A stretch of DNA of 50,622 nucleotides, the filler included, from Dimargaris cristalligena (Eukaryota): NCBI GenBank assembly GCA_003614675.1. It is 2 parts of 2 records of this genome, joined end to end, with 100 filler letters (N's around TTAATTAATTAA, not from the genome) between each part and the next. Parts side by side here need not be neighbours in the genome. Positions count along the whole stretch, not along the records: positions 25,390 to 50,622 come from ML002567.1; 1 more part is not named here. One strand, written 5' to 3'. This document shows, one piece after another, positions 35,320 to 47,210 of this stretch. The stretch's first letter is position 1. The number at the start of each line of letters is the position of its first letter. The position numbers were made by a program, and so were the translations under genes. The notes beneath the pieces were generated by a model. It made no database searches. It was not told where the DNA came from and worked only from the letters and a program-made list of their open reading frames with translations.

Positions 35320-36087
35320 GGCTGAATTCCAAATGGGTTGCAGGGAGTTGTATAATAGAAATATAAAAACTGGTGGGTAAATATAGAGGAAATGGGGGGT
35401 CGAACGACAGCGGCAATGAAGTAGAATATATGAGTGGAAATAGTGAAAAAGCGAAATACAGAAGGAAATGGAGAGTGGTTGGAAGCTGAAGGAGAATCGT
35501 CTTTGACAAAAGCCAATGAGGCTATATGACCAACCTGGGCTATCCGGATATTAATTACATAGTGACAATGGTCACCCAGAAACTGTCCGTTAATAGTAAC
35601 TAAACTAGGTATTCGTTTTATTAGTATGCCTATGTTTCCTCAACCCTAAGATCAATATAGCCTGCTTAGTAAAGAATACTCTATAGTTAGAAACTGGATT
35701 TAGGTTATAAGAACGCTTAATCACTCCTGACTTGACCCTAACTACGAGCCAGCTCGAATATCCGATTACATCCAAGAACAAAACCAAGTGGGCCCCAGTG
35801 CATTGCTCACATTTGACCATCTATGACAAATAGGGGCATAGCAGTGACCCGCTTATGAAAACAACACATTTTTTAATTCGCCGATGAAAGACGGCTTAAT
35901 ATAGCACGAATAAATAACGAGACATACGAATAGTTGTCAATAAAGTGAACGCATTAAACAGGGTAATTTATGTGCACTTAATAGATATACGGCGAAAGCC
36001 ACCTCACAATAGTCACCAACTTAGTCGAAAGCATTTGCAACCCAATGAGAATCAATAAACATAGGATACTGTTGCGGTGGACATGGA

Positions 36088-39000
36088 CTAGCGCGGTAAA
36101 GTTGATGAAGCAGATACCCGAACTTCCGAGCCGGGGATCATTCCAATAAACTGGGCGTAGTTGATGGCCTGCCCCCGAGAGAATACGGTGGTATCTCCAG
36201 TATCCACCAGGCAGTAATCGGCCTCGTCGGGGTTGTCGGTAGTGGACCCTTCACCATACTCGGTGAAGAGTCGCCGACCGTTGGCCACTCGATTGGCGTT
36301 ATCGGCATGTTGGCGGAACGACGGAGCAATGTAGAGGGTTTTACCGGCGAAAGGTTTAGTAGTGTGGCGGTTTCCGTAGGGGGCTTCCGATACAAATCGC
36401 CCGACTCGAGTCGATTCGGTAATCCAAGTGTCCCCGTCGGTGATGATCCAAATCGACGCCAGGGCGGCCGCCAGCATCTTAAAGGTGCGGTTACGGGTGG
36501 GTGTAATCAAGTGGGTAATACGCCCTTGTAGGCTGTCCCCCAAGTCCCGGATCCCATGGACCACCTCTCCCCCGAGGGCCGTTATCTGGTTGGATAAGCG
36601 ATCGCGCATCCGGCGGTCATAGGGGGATGCGTCGTCGTGGTCAAAGCCGGAAAAGGCCACCCGAATTCTTTTACCGGCCTCTAGTACGGTGCTGGTACCT
36701 GCGGTCGCGGGTCGGGCCAAGGGGAAAGCCGGTGGTGGCATAGAGCTGTGGGGGGTAAGATTGTTCGTTCCCGAACTAGCCAGGGACCCAAGTCCGTCAT
36801 ATGTAGGCGTGTATACGGGTGGACGTGAACCCAGAAAGGTAGACCGGCGGCTATAGATGGATGACCGCGCCGAATAGACCGACTTATCCGAATCTCCACT
36901 ATTCTTTCGTTTGAGGGTCGGGGTGGGGGTCCAGAACCGGTCAGAGGCACTATCCGATGGATGACTCACTACCGATAAGGAGGATATAGGTCGAGTCCGA
37001 CTGTTGAGCATATCGGGGCTAATATCCGTGGTGGAACTGGTCATCGAAACGGGCAGAGCGGGGGTTCGGAAGACGTTACGTTCCCGGGGAGTATTCGCGG
37101 CAGTAGAAGTCGAGGATGATGCAGGTGGTGGAATGTGGGTGGTAGAGCCGGCCGATGGGGACATGGGCCCGGGGCCTAGTAGGGTGGGCCCAGTAGGGTA
37201 GGGGTGTCCGCGGGCACCGCCGGTGGTCTGGAAACGTCGTCGGCGAACCATGGAACTTACCGAGGTAACTGAAGGGGCGTTCCCCCCCGCTCCGCCGAGG
37301 AGAGACCCACACGTGGATCCGGTTCCCCAGTCCTCCATTTTGCGCTGTTCGAGCTCAAGCTGAGCCCGTTGGGCGTCCATCATGGCCCGGGATTTATCCT
37401 CCATCGCCCCAGTAACGGATTTCTGGAGAGTCCGTACCTTTTCCTGCCAGTACAGACAGCGGTCCTCCAGTCGACGGATGGTGTCCGAGTGGACCCCCTG
37501 CGAGTCGCTGGCTAAATGGTACTGGTCTTCCATTCGGCGCAGGGTTTGCCGGGTCTCGGCGTGCTGCCGGATTTCGGCGTTTAGCTTACTCTCCGCCTCT
37601 TTAATCTGTTTGACACCGGCCTGCCATTTGGCGTTCAGGGAACGGTGGCCCGATACATGTACCCTCCAACTCCGGCCCAGGGAGATTAAACGGCTTTCCA
37701 GTCCCTGCACTCGCGACCGCAGCGCTACAGTCCGCTGATCCTCGTCACGGATCTGTTGAGTAAACCGGGCCATCAGCGCCTCGCAACGAGCCGTGGTCTG
37801 AAGAAGGGCCCGGCGGTACTGGTCGGTTTCAAGTTGTAGGCGTTGCTGGGACTGTAGTGTGTGTCGCTGATCATGGGCCGCTTGACCTAAATTGTGGCAT
37901 TCGGCCTCGGCACGGGCCAGTTGACGCTCCAAGTCCAGTTTGGCCTGGTGGGTCTTCTGGAATACTTTCCCAGCAGCCTGGTATTCGGACTGCAGCGCGG
38001 CATGCGACGTCCGCATCTGCTCCAACTCACCCTGAAGGCGCTGCTCTTGTTCGCGATAGGCCGCAGCCTGCGCGGCATGGGCCTTGCGATGCTCCTCCAG
38101 TTGTCGGACGTGCTGGGATATTTCACGCTCATGCCGAGTGCGGGTCTCACGAAGGCTTTCGGCAAAGCGGGGAAGTTCTAGGTCCAAGGGAAGGTCGGAG
38201 TTGAATCCCAGTGGAACTAGAGAGTGGCGGGCCAGTGTGTCCCACCGTTGCTTTTGGGCGGTCTGAAGCTCGAGGGTGGCTCGAACGTCCACCAATTCCG
38301 TCTCCCGCTGCTTCAGCTGCAGTGTGCAGCGCCCCAGCTCGGCACTTGTGCGCTGTGCCTCGGCCTGGCGTTCCTGGGCGGTGGCCTGCAGTTGTCGAAT
38401 CTGAATATCCTTGGTCTGTAGCGCGTCGTGGTGTACACTCTGGGTGGCCTCGCTTGAGGCCTTCAGGGTATCGTAGTCTCTCTGAACCTGTCCTAACTGT
38501 TGGTTGGCAGTATCCAGGGCCGCTTGGCATCTCTGGGCCCGTTGACGCTCCGTGGTCACCTCCGTTCCTCGGAGATCTAAATCGATTTGGAGCCCTTCGA
38601 CGCGGGTCTGGTAGTCGCTGCATTGGCGCTGGGCATCTTCCAGCTCGCGCTTAATGGAAGTGTGGGATCGGGCTAGCTGGGCTTCAAGAGCTTCGCGCTG
38701 GGCCTTCTCTTGAGCCAGGGTCTCCCGGAGCTGGTCCAGGTACTGCTCGAGCGTGGTGGCATTCTCCACGTAACGGCTGAGGGTCCGGTCCTTTTCGATC
38801 AGAATGGCCTGGTCTTGCTCCCGTAGACCTTGGAGGGTGGCGATGCGCTGCTCGAGTTCGCCGGCTTCCTCGTTCAGATCGCAGCAAATGGTTTCCAGGC
38901 GTTGGAAATAGCGGCCGGCCGCCTTGCCCAGCTTATCGATTCCCGAGTTCTGGAGGTGCAGGAGGTGGTCCTTGTACTGACGAAATTTGCTCTGAAACCG

Positions 39001-39860
39001 TTGCGAATGGGGCTCTTCGCATACACTGGACCGCTTGCTGTCCACCGAGAGCGTGTCCGGATCCACCGGCACCGTAGCCAGTCGGGATTCCTCTTCGGCG
39101 GCGACATCGGCCGTCGCTGGGTCCATGGGGGCACCCTCGGATCCCGTAGTGGGTTCCATCACCGTTTCCTGGATCACCCGCCACTTGCCCTGCAAGCGTT
39201 CGTACAGCTGACGCAACTCTTGGTAGGCCTGAGTCCATTTTTCCCCCGTCCCAACGAGATTGGCTAGCTGCGACTTGATGGTTTCGATTCCCCCGTCCTT
39301 TAGACCGGATATCTCCGGGATCTCCGGAGAGTCCAAGGAAGCCGGTGACTCCGTCGCGTGGGTTTTGGAACCTTTTGGACCGGGGACTTTGCCCTTGTCC
39401 TGGCCTATGGATGTCAATGGATCAGTGGCATCCAGGATTTGCTGGAGGTGCTGGATGAATTTAAGGCACTCCCGGACGGCCGCCTTGCGCTGATCGGTGT
39501 CGGCAGCCAGCAAGAGGGGCGATTGGGCGGCTGGTAAACTCGGCTCCGGTTGGGTCCATGAGATAATGGGGCTACCGGGATCGGTAGTGGAGGGAGTGGG
39601 GCAGCCTAGCCATACCCATAGTTCCAGTCATCGCCGGGGAAGTAACGGGGCAAAGCCATGTATTCAGTTAGACGAGTGTCCAATACGATTCGAGAGATGG
39701 TGCACTATATATGCTGGACGGAGAATGCAGGGTCCACAATGGTACGGCCATCAGGGGGTGCCTATTAATCGATATCCATTCAATCGGGCAAGTGAGCTGC
39801 ATACTTACCCTGGGGGTTAAGGCTCCCGAAGTAGGAGGGGTGTTCGGGTCGGGTTAGCAT
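36088..39860 (-). CDS. Long coiled-coil protein with C-terminal tandem BRCT-like domains, ~1189 aa
   Basis: Exon 1 39809-39860 (ATG..G|GTAAGT), exon 2 36088-39605. About 550 aa of E/Q/R/L-rich heptad sequence, an S/T/P-rich linker, then RVAFSGF...ALGGEV...ITHLITPTRNRTFKMLAA...WITES..GRFVSEAPY...FAGKTLYI. Confidence 0.8.
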
Positions 39861-40566
39861 AGTGTAAAGTGGTCGAGTAGAGCAAGGTTTGGTAAAGAAA
39901 AATTGTAGGTGTGCTGTAGACTTATGGGTAGGAGGCAGCGTAAGAATAAATAGTAAGTGCTAAAAGGTGCGTGGTGTTGGGGATGAAGAAAGGGTTCGAA
40001 CCACTTAATAAGGGTCGCAGAGTGATGGTTTAGTAATATTACCGACAAGTAATAGGATAAGCAGAAAAAGGAAAGAGCAGAGAGTAGGTTTAGTTAAAGG
40101 TGGGGGGGGCGTTTATTCCCTTCCACTTCATGGTTCAGCTGCGGCATGTATGCAGCATAGTTTATTTTCTGGCTCAGAGTCGCTTTAACTAGTGCTGGCA
40201 ATTTTAGAAGCCTAGCAGAGCCAATGGTCGGTGCCGCAGCACAGGCCCATTGGACTATTTGCGTAGTGGTAAAATAATTACCACCACGGCTTCGTCCTCT
40301 TTAAACCAAAGTCATTTCTACCATATTGCTTGTAAACCGAGTCAAGCGGATCGCCCTACTGTATTGCTACTTTCATCCCCCCTTCCCCCTTCGATATCCG
40401 TAATTCAATCTCCCGGAAGCCAGCGCGGAACATATAGAGAGGCAGCAGGGTAGCATGTTCCAGTATGCAGTACTATGTTGTGTTTATGCAGAGGAAATAC
40501 AATTATACCGACACGAAAATACATAATCACGAGTAATATATGGATTCCTGAGGTGGGCCAGTATCT

Positions 40567-41859
40567 CTACGGCCGACTATGGCTAAATGGACACTGGTCC
40601 CCCAGCCGACAAAAGCCTTTTTCGGAGAAGAACTTGCACGCCTCTAGTTTGAGGTCATGTGAGAAGGGGCAGTAATCGCCCTTACCACAGCCGTTGAATT
40701 TCGCAAACCGACATAGCACGTTATGTTTTTTGGCCGGTGGTGGCATAGTTGGTTGTATTGATGGCGAGGGATTGGCCGCTGGGGCGGTGGGCGCGACTTG
40801 GGATGTGGTAGTTATCGCTGGAGTTGGGTTAGGTCGGGCCTGTTGGAGCCGGAGTCGGGGATCGCTGGGGGCGGCCGAGGCAGTCGGGACAACTGGGGCA
40901 GGTGTGGGGTAAGGGGAAGGGACGGCTACGGAGCCTACGGGTGCGCCTGGAACGGATGGGGTTCCGTTGGAAGTACCATTCAAAGACTGCGTAAGAGCCG
41001 CCAGGATAGCCAGGTCGTTGGCCAGACTGGGCAACAGAGCAGTCAGATTGGGGTCTAATGCAGCCGAAGCAGCGGTACTGTCGGCGGTGGCCGAAAGGTT
41101 GCCAATGGAGGTAGAGGTGTTACCTAATACCGGGGATGCGGATCGGCCTTGGTGGGACTGGCGCTCCCTTTCCACTTGCTGCAGCGCTTTGGCCCGCTGT
41201 TTCTTCTTATCCTTCTTGGAACCTTTTTTAGAGGCCGCTTTAGTCACCTTTTGACCCTGGAATTTGGATTCCTTGTGACCTTTAGTATCTTGAATCTAGC
41301 AGAGTTGGCAAGGCCATATAATAGTATAAACGGGCAATTAGAAGGCGCGTGCATTCTGGGAACGGGCAAGTAAGCACATATGAGGGACTCGTGGGCTCAA
41401 TCGATAATGAGGCGTAGAAGGTATGCCGCCTTGAATGTGCTTAGAAAGCGACAGACGGGAAATTCGAGCATAGAGGCTTCCCCCTATTGCTCGGCAACTC
41501 CGGTACTACCTACCTTTTCCGTTTTCAAGACCTTTTTTTCTTGCTTTTGGTATCGACTTAGGAGTGCGCTGAATTCATCGTCGTTGCCGTCGTTTTTGGG
41601 AATGCGAGTAGCGACGGGCTTATCGGGATCGTACTATTTTTTTGGGGGGAAATACCGAGAGGGGATATGGAAGTAATGTACATCGGGACAGGGGAGGCCA
41701 TTCCTTAAAAACATGTGTTAAAATGACGGAGCGAGGTATAACAAAGCCGAATCTGGACTGGTGCGGTTCCTTTTGCACCCATTTAACTGGTAGTAGAGTG
41801 ACGTATGCATTCGGCCCGCCTAGAAATCAGGGAATGTGAAGCATCTAACTTACCACCAT
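40567..41859 (-). CDS. Tandem CCCH zinc-finger protein, ~284 aa
   Basis: Exons 41854-41859 (ATG GTG|GTAAGT), 41514-41633, 40567-41295. C-terminal CRFAKFNGCGKGDYCPFSH and CKFFSEKGFCRLGDQCPFSH, with a Lys-rich N-half and Pro/Ala-rich linker. Confidence 0.82.
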
Positions 41860-42488
41860 GGTCGATTGCTTAGTATCCTGCGTTAGACGGAGGAGCAAGG
41901 GTGGGTAAGGAATGTGTGTACTAAGCACAGATGCAGTTGAATTGGCTTTCAAGTGCGTTAGTTTAGAAGCAACCCAAGAACAAAAACCAAGTACCAATTA
42001 ACCTAGGGTACGGTGGGAATTAGACAGATGGTATAAGTTGGCCTTCCCTTGGTCAACTAAAGAAACGGGTTGGAAATCCGTCAGAAAAAGGGGAAAACTT
42101 GGCTGTCCGGAATTCCCCCCAGGGTTGTTCCTCTGATGGGTTCTATTTCCAAGTGGGCCGAAACAATAGGGTTCCATCCCCTCTTTCAGCCGCCCCAGTG
42201 CTTAGTAGGCCAGAATAACCTGTCGTAGAATTTAAGGTATCTGAGCTAATAAACCCTTTGTTTTCAAGCGCCTCCACACCGGGGAGTTTCGGCCGACCTG
42301 GGTACTACTAGCTCTTCGAAATCTACCAGCCGCTCCTTCTCCCTTTTCTTACCCATTACCTTGTACTTTTAACTGTGGCCTCTCGCTATCTTTTAAGGCT
42401 TTGTTCTTTTTCTCCACCCCACTGCCCCCCTAGCCTATTGCACCCTACCTCGTCCACACCCCATTTGGCTTTGACAGGATCCCCCAGA

Positions 42489-42911
42489 ATGCCCTGGTTC
42501 CAAAAAACCGTCAAACTGTCTGCCCGGCGTCGGGGGTGCCATTTGGTCACTTCGGATATCGTACGCGAGGTACCCGAGCTGCGCAATTATCGTATCGGGT
42601 TGGCCAACATTTTCCTGCAGCATACCAGCGCGTCGCTGACCCTCAACGAGAACTACGACCCTGACGTTCGGGTGGATATGGAGACCGCCCTGAATCGACT
42701 GGCCCCCGAGGACGCTGAATACACCCATATCGACGAGGGCCCGGACGATATGCCCGGACATGTTAAAAGCTCACTACTGGGCGCTTCCCTGACCATCCCG
42801 ATCCAGGATGGCAAGTTTGCCCTGGGTACTTGGCAGGGCATCTGGCTATGCGAACATCGAAATTACGCCCGCAGTCGTACGGTGGTGATCACCTTGCAGG
42901 GCGATTACTAA
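42489..42911 (+). CDS. YjbQ/UPF0047 family protein, 140 aa
   Basis: QHTSASLTLNENYDPDVRVDM, HIDEGPDDMPGHVKSSLLG, LGTWQGIWLCEHR are UPF0047 signatures. First ATG at 42489. Confidence 0.93.
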   Translation: MPWFQKTVKLSARRRGCHLVTSDIVREVPELRNYRIGLANIFLQHTSASLTLNENYDPDVRVDMETALNRLAPEDAEYTHIDEGPDDMPGHVKSSLLGASLTIPIQDGKFALGTWQGIWLCEHRNYARSRTVVITLQGDY

Positions 42912-43229
42912 TAGTTTTTTTATATAAAACTTTGACCCTTTACCAATATCCTAGAGATGGGGAAGTGGGCGGTGCTATATATGGATGCCCGGTCCATCTT
43001 TAAGTGCATATCGATTGATGTCGACTAGTCACGGGGGAATTGCTTCTCGTTAATGGAAGGGGTTAACTTACTAGTAGGGATAGTTGCAACGGGTCCTCAC
43101 TGGGTCCTGTATGGGCCAAGAAACAATCAAATGATGGGTAAAGTGGTGGGCGAAATGACTCAGGGCTATACAGTTAACTAATTTGCGGTTTTTTCCGACA
43201 CAATTACCACTATACCCCCAGTCTCCATT

Positions 43230-44517
43230 TTATAACTTACCCCTCTCAAAGCTTTCCCCGTTATTGGAACTGGGCCACTTAGTCAAAGTTCGGGACCTAT
43301 ACATTTGCCTTGATGGCAGGGGACATTGGTCACAGTCCGCCATTAAGCACTATACTAACCTTATTGTAAAAGGAGATGTGGTATTAAGAATATAGGCATA
43401 ACCTTTTTCAAGAGTAATGTAGGAATTCAAATGGGCCCATTGTTCAGGCTGATTTAAGTTAAATGGAAACATCGACTGTGTCACGTTGAGCCACGGAAAA
43501 CCACCTAGAGGACTAGGGTCACATTCCAAACTAAAAGAAGGTGGCATTTCCCCATTATAGGGGACTACTGTTCTGGTTTTTGTCACACCCATTTGATATC
43601 TGGAGGCCTATTCACCCAGCCCACCACTTATAATATTCCCAATTTTAGGCCCGATTTGTTATTGTTTGGCCGAATTCGGACCAGTAGTCAATTTAGCATA
43701 TCCGGCCTCTGCCAGCTAACCAAACCAACGTTGCCACTCTCGCAGTTACACGGCCAATTCCAGCGATTCCACCGCCCATTCGCTGCTTGTATTGTCCTCA
43801 ATTATTTAACGGAAAACTAAGAAAGGACTAGTATCACTGCTGGCGTTTCACATGCAAAGGTCTCGTCAGTAACCCTCTTTTTGTTATTATCGTGTTCCTT
43901 AGCAGACGAGAGTCCCGTCATCTCACAGCCTATTCTATTTATACGTCCATGCGCAATGGGTTGTAAACGATGAAATGTAGCTATTTTGAAGCAGCGATGG
44001 CCAAGACAAAGTTAGACTCGGAAAGGACAAATAAGAAAATGTACAGCGTTGTATACCTGTGAAGGGCATATGGGCCGAATTTCCTATGCCACCCAAGCCA
44101 ACCTCAGCGAGATAACCCTGCGGTCCTGTTTGTTGTATGGGCCCATACGCATCCAGCATAAGCGCGGAACGGCTTAGGATGGCTTGATGTACTCCTAAAA
44201 AATCCCTAGTGGTGACACAGTAACGCCTCTGGTACACCAGCAGCCATCTTTAACCCTTCTCGCCGGTCTTCCCGACAATCAGGAGTGGGCACCAGCTTGG
44301 AGGACCAGGTGGCCTCTGCCAGTAAAACAGTACTCGGCCCCATTGAAGGGTTGACTATACATATTCCGCACTGGATGATGTAGTGAGTGTACTTACGCCC
44401 CTCAAATCGCCGGTCCCCAACGCGGCACTTTGGATCGATGAGTGATAAATGGGGCTGACTGGAAACCAGTGCTATAGGTAGGATTGTATATAATAGCAGC
44501 AGGTTTCTACTATACAC
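43230..44517 (-). pseudogene. Decayed multi-exon gene for a secreted protein
   Basis: Signal-peptide-like (V)YSRNLLLLYTILPIALVSS starts at GTG, not ATG. Donor GTAAGT at 44396. Downstream frame 43360-43847 is protein-like but has five TAA/TAG stops. The distal boundary is approximate. Confidence 0.5.
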
Positions 44518-44669
44518 AATTTTAACGCCCTTGCCCTTTGTGACTTTAATACGTTTATTAAGATTTCTACCGATTTTGTTTACGGTTACCAGCCCTAATA
44601 TCGAGGCAACCGATGGTAGTATTATTATTCATTGTTCACAACCGATATAGTCGCTTCTCCATCATCACA

Positions 44670-45332
44670 ATGAAAGTGTTCAATTTCACCCTGGCCGCGC
44701 TGGTTATCGGCAGCCTTATTTCCCTACCCCGCCTATCATTGGCTATGGATATAGGGGGACTTTCCTATGGGGAGTCTGCCAATTCGGAAGGAGAATCCGA
44801 AAGCGTCTACGGCTCGATGGATGAAGCCTCGCAGCCCCCTAGGGAGTTTTCCCACCCTTACTTTACCAAACCCAGCCAACTCGACGAATTTTGCCACCAC
44901 CTTGAATTCCCGGAAACCATTACGCAAGCCTGGTACCAATCGCCGCGTCTCAGTAGCTCCTACCTTCGCTGGGCGCTTCGCACCCGTATACGTCGCCACA
45001 AGGGCCCGTACAACTCGGGCCACGTGGACAAAGAACATTACGCCCTGGCGGTCCGTCGACTGCTAAAATCCTTCGAACTATACAACAATGGGGAATCCGG
45101 TACGTTACTGCTCAAGAAAGCGAAGAGCATTCCTGGAACCACGGAGAAATACCAGCGGATTGTTTTACGTCGGTCCAGTGATGGAATGGTGGAGGCGCAC
45201 GATACCGTGGTGCCACTGAGCTATGAAACGCACGTCGAAAACGAATGGGTGTATTATATCGAATTGGATCGCAGCAATCCTTTTGACGCAGCCGCCGCCC
45301 AGCTTATGGATGATTGTTTCGATACCATCTAA
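44670..45332 (+). CDS. Predicted small secreted hypothetical protein, 220 aa
   Basis: MKVFNFTLAALVIGSLISLPRLSLA signal-like N-terminus, acidic Ser/Glu segment, intact intronless ORF with coding-like codon use. No family recognised. Confidence 0.72.
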   Translation: MKVFNFTLAALVIGSLISLPRLSLAMDIGGLSYGESANSEGESESVYGSMDEASQPPREFSHPYFTKPSQLDEFCHHLEFPETITQAWYQSPRLSSSYLRWALRTRIRRHKGPYNSGHVDKEHYALAVRRLLKSFELYNNGESGTLLLKKAKSIPGTTEKYQRIVLRRSSDGMVEAHDTVVPLSYETHVENEWVYYIELDRSNPFDAAAAQLMDDCFDTI

Positions 45333-45398
45333 TCCAGCCCGGCTGGTTTATTGGTTTGCTGTAAGCAAATATTTAAATTTATTTTTTAAAAACAATAA

Positions 45399-45534
45399 GA
45401 GAGAGGTTCATCCGAGCAGTACAGCAAAACATCCGTTGGATGAAGCCAATACTACTGGTTAAAAACGAATCTCCCTCCGACTTTCTCATACACACCTCAT
45501 TTAAACCCTCATACAACTGAGTAGAATTTTGCCC
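45399..45534 (+). mobile_element. MITE copy 7
   Basis: GAGAGAGGTTCATCCGAGCAGTACA...GAATTTTGCCC, 136 bp, flanks ATAA/ATAT, 66 bp after the 45332 stop. Confidence 0.8.
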
Positions 45535-45859
45535 ATATTTATAATGTAATATAAGCGACTTTCCGGGTCTACAGAAACGCTGTAACTAATTAGATTGCCA
45601 GTGGGGAGTGGCCGTTTACTTCAAGGATAGTACTTCATTTGGAATTAATGTATATGTTGGAATACTAAGGACTTAAAGGAAATAAAACTGGAAGTAAGGG
45701 AAGAAAGCAGCTAGAGGACAGTAGGTGCCTCTAGGTGGTTAGTTTTATTGAACTGTAATTTTCTGTGGGGTGAAATATAAGTGGCTAACATGAATGATCT
45801 CATAATAGCAGAATAAACTAATCTAATTGGATGAAAATAGGATAGGATAAAGAACACGT

Positions 45860-46460
45860 AGGAGCATATTCTTCAACAGTATATCCATTAATGGCCTGGC
45901 AGTTGACAGTAATTTTCAAAGATTTTGTTTCCGCCGAATGCTTGGATCCAAAGGAGGTCTGGATGAGGTGTCGTCAGTTTCGCTGATTTTATTACTGGAG
46001 AGTATGGACCTGTAAAAGTACATGGAGCTGAATCATTTTTAGGTTTAGGTTTCCGCCATTGTATAGCTTCATCATTTAGGAGCGGAAATTCCACTACCGA
46101 ATGCTCACCTTCCTTCGCTTGTTTGCATTTCCCAATTCACATAATCAATAGCACCTATTTCTTACTCCACCTCTACCATTATTCCACTTACTATCCTATC
46201 ATTTAGCAAGCGTATTCCGGTATACTTTGCGCTGATTCAACGTCTTTATCCGTAGTTTGCTCAGCTATATACAATTCGAGCCGATTCCTATAGTTATCTT
46301 ATAGTAAATTGCAATTGTGATACCTTCTTTTACTAGTTAACTCGTGATCTTGATACATGCCTCTTTTGATATCTATAGAGCACCTTTTGTGACATTATCA
46401 TAGGTGTTACTTTCGGAGGCCTGTCCTAAGCATAGGTATACAAATGGCCAATACTAATAT
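45860..46460 (-). mobile_element. Degenerate gypsy/Ginger-type integrase C-terminal relic
   Basis: FPLLNDEAIQWRKPKPKNDSAPCTFTGPY resembles the GPY/F module (F..GD.V....K..P.WTGPY), followed after a frameshift by LKITVNCQAINGY. Many stops, boundaries approximate. Confidence 0.35.
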
Positions 46461-46829
46461 TTCCTGTGAATCTTTCTATCCATGAAACACCACCTGCAAT
46501 CTTATTTTGGGCTCCTCCTACAAATTCTTCCTAACTGCAGGAACTCTGGCATTTACGAGATTTCTATTGTACAACAGTATCCCTGGCGACTAATTATTAG
46601 CCGAAGAATTATACCACATCATGATTCTGTGTGATAGGCTATCATCCCTTTCCTATAAAATCATAAGATGGGTGTAGAAACTCTGAAAAATATTAACCAA
46701 TTATTTAAAATATTATGAACCCTAAAACGGTGCCTCTGAGCAACATGAAGCAGGCATATTATTACCCCCACCCCATCTCGCATCACTCAAATAGAGACCG
46801 CTGGGATTGGGCTCAAGTCCTAAAGTGTA

Positions 46830-47210
46830 AATATAACCCAGTGCAGTAGGATGTTTTTGCCAGACAGCAACAGTCCGAGACATTGTGAAGCAGGCTTTGC
46901 AATCAAGTAGTAATATATCTGGTGCTCAACTTGTTATGTTTTAAATCAATGTCATCCTGCACGTTTCTTTTGTGTAGGTTGCGGGGTTTGGCATTGGGAA
47001 GTCGATTGTGGCACCACCAACACAACGAGAAGTGCAATGTATGCATGTGGTTTTGTAGGGCAGGCTGGTGGTGTAAAACGCTGGGGCAGCCCAGATATGG
47101 GCAGGCGGCCAATGCTGTTGGATGGTCGGGTGTGCTTATGAACCCATTTGCGACAGCGTTTTGTAGAGCTTTGATCGAAACAAAGCTCAGTACCTCTAAA
47201 TTCGAGGTTT
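46830..47210 (-). pseudogene. Degenerate C2H2 zinc-finger coding relic
   Basis: CPYLGCPSVLHHQPALQNHMHTLH, CWWCHNRLPNAKPRNLH and, in another frame, CKACFTMSRTVAVWQKH. Confidence 0.45.

Noticed and set aside
42489..42911. Bacterial horizontal transfer of the intronless YjbQ gene
   Set aside because: UPF0047 proteins are widespread in fungi, and codon style matches neighbouring genes.
43360..43847. TAA/TAG-to-Gln genetic code reassignment
   Set aside because: Intact genes here end in TAA/TAG (CSL, ABCD4, RFC5, COP1) and have no in-frame TAR, so pseudogenisation is simpler.
21948..45462. Three short ORFs ending in PFDEASTTG / PLDEANTTG as a peptide family
   Set aside because: The shared peptide is only the translation of the MITE core.
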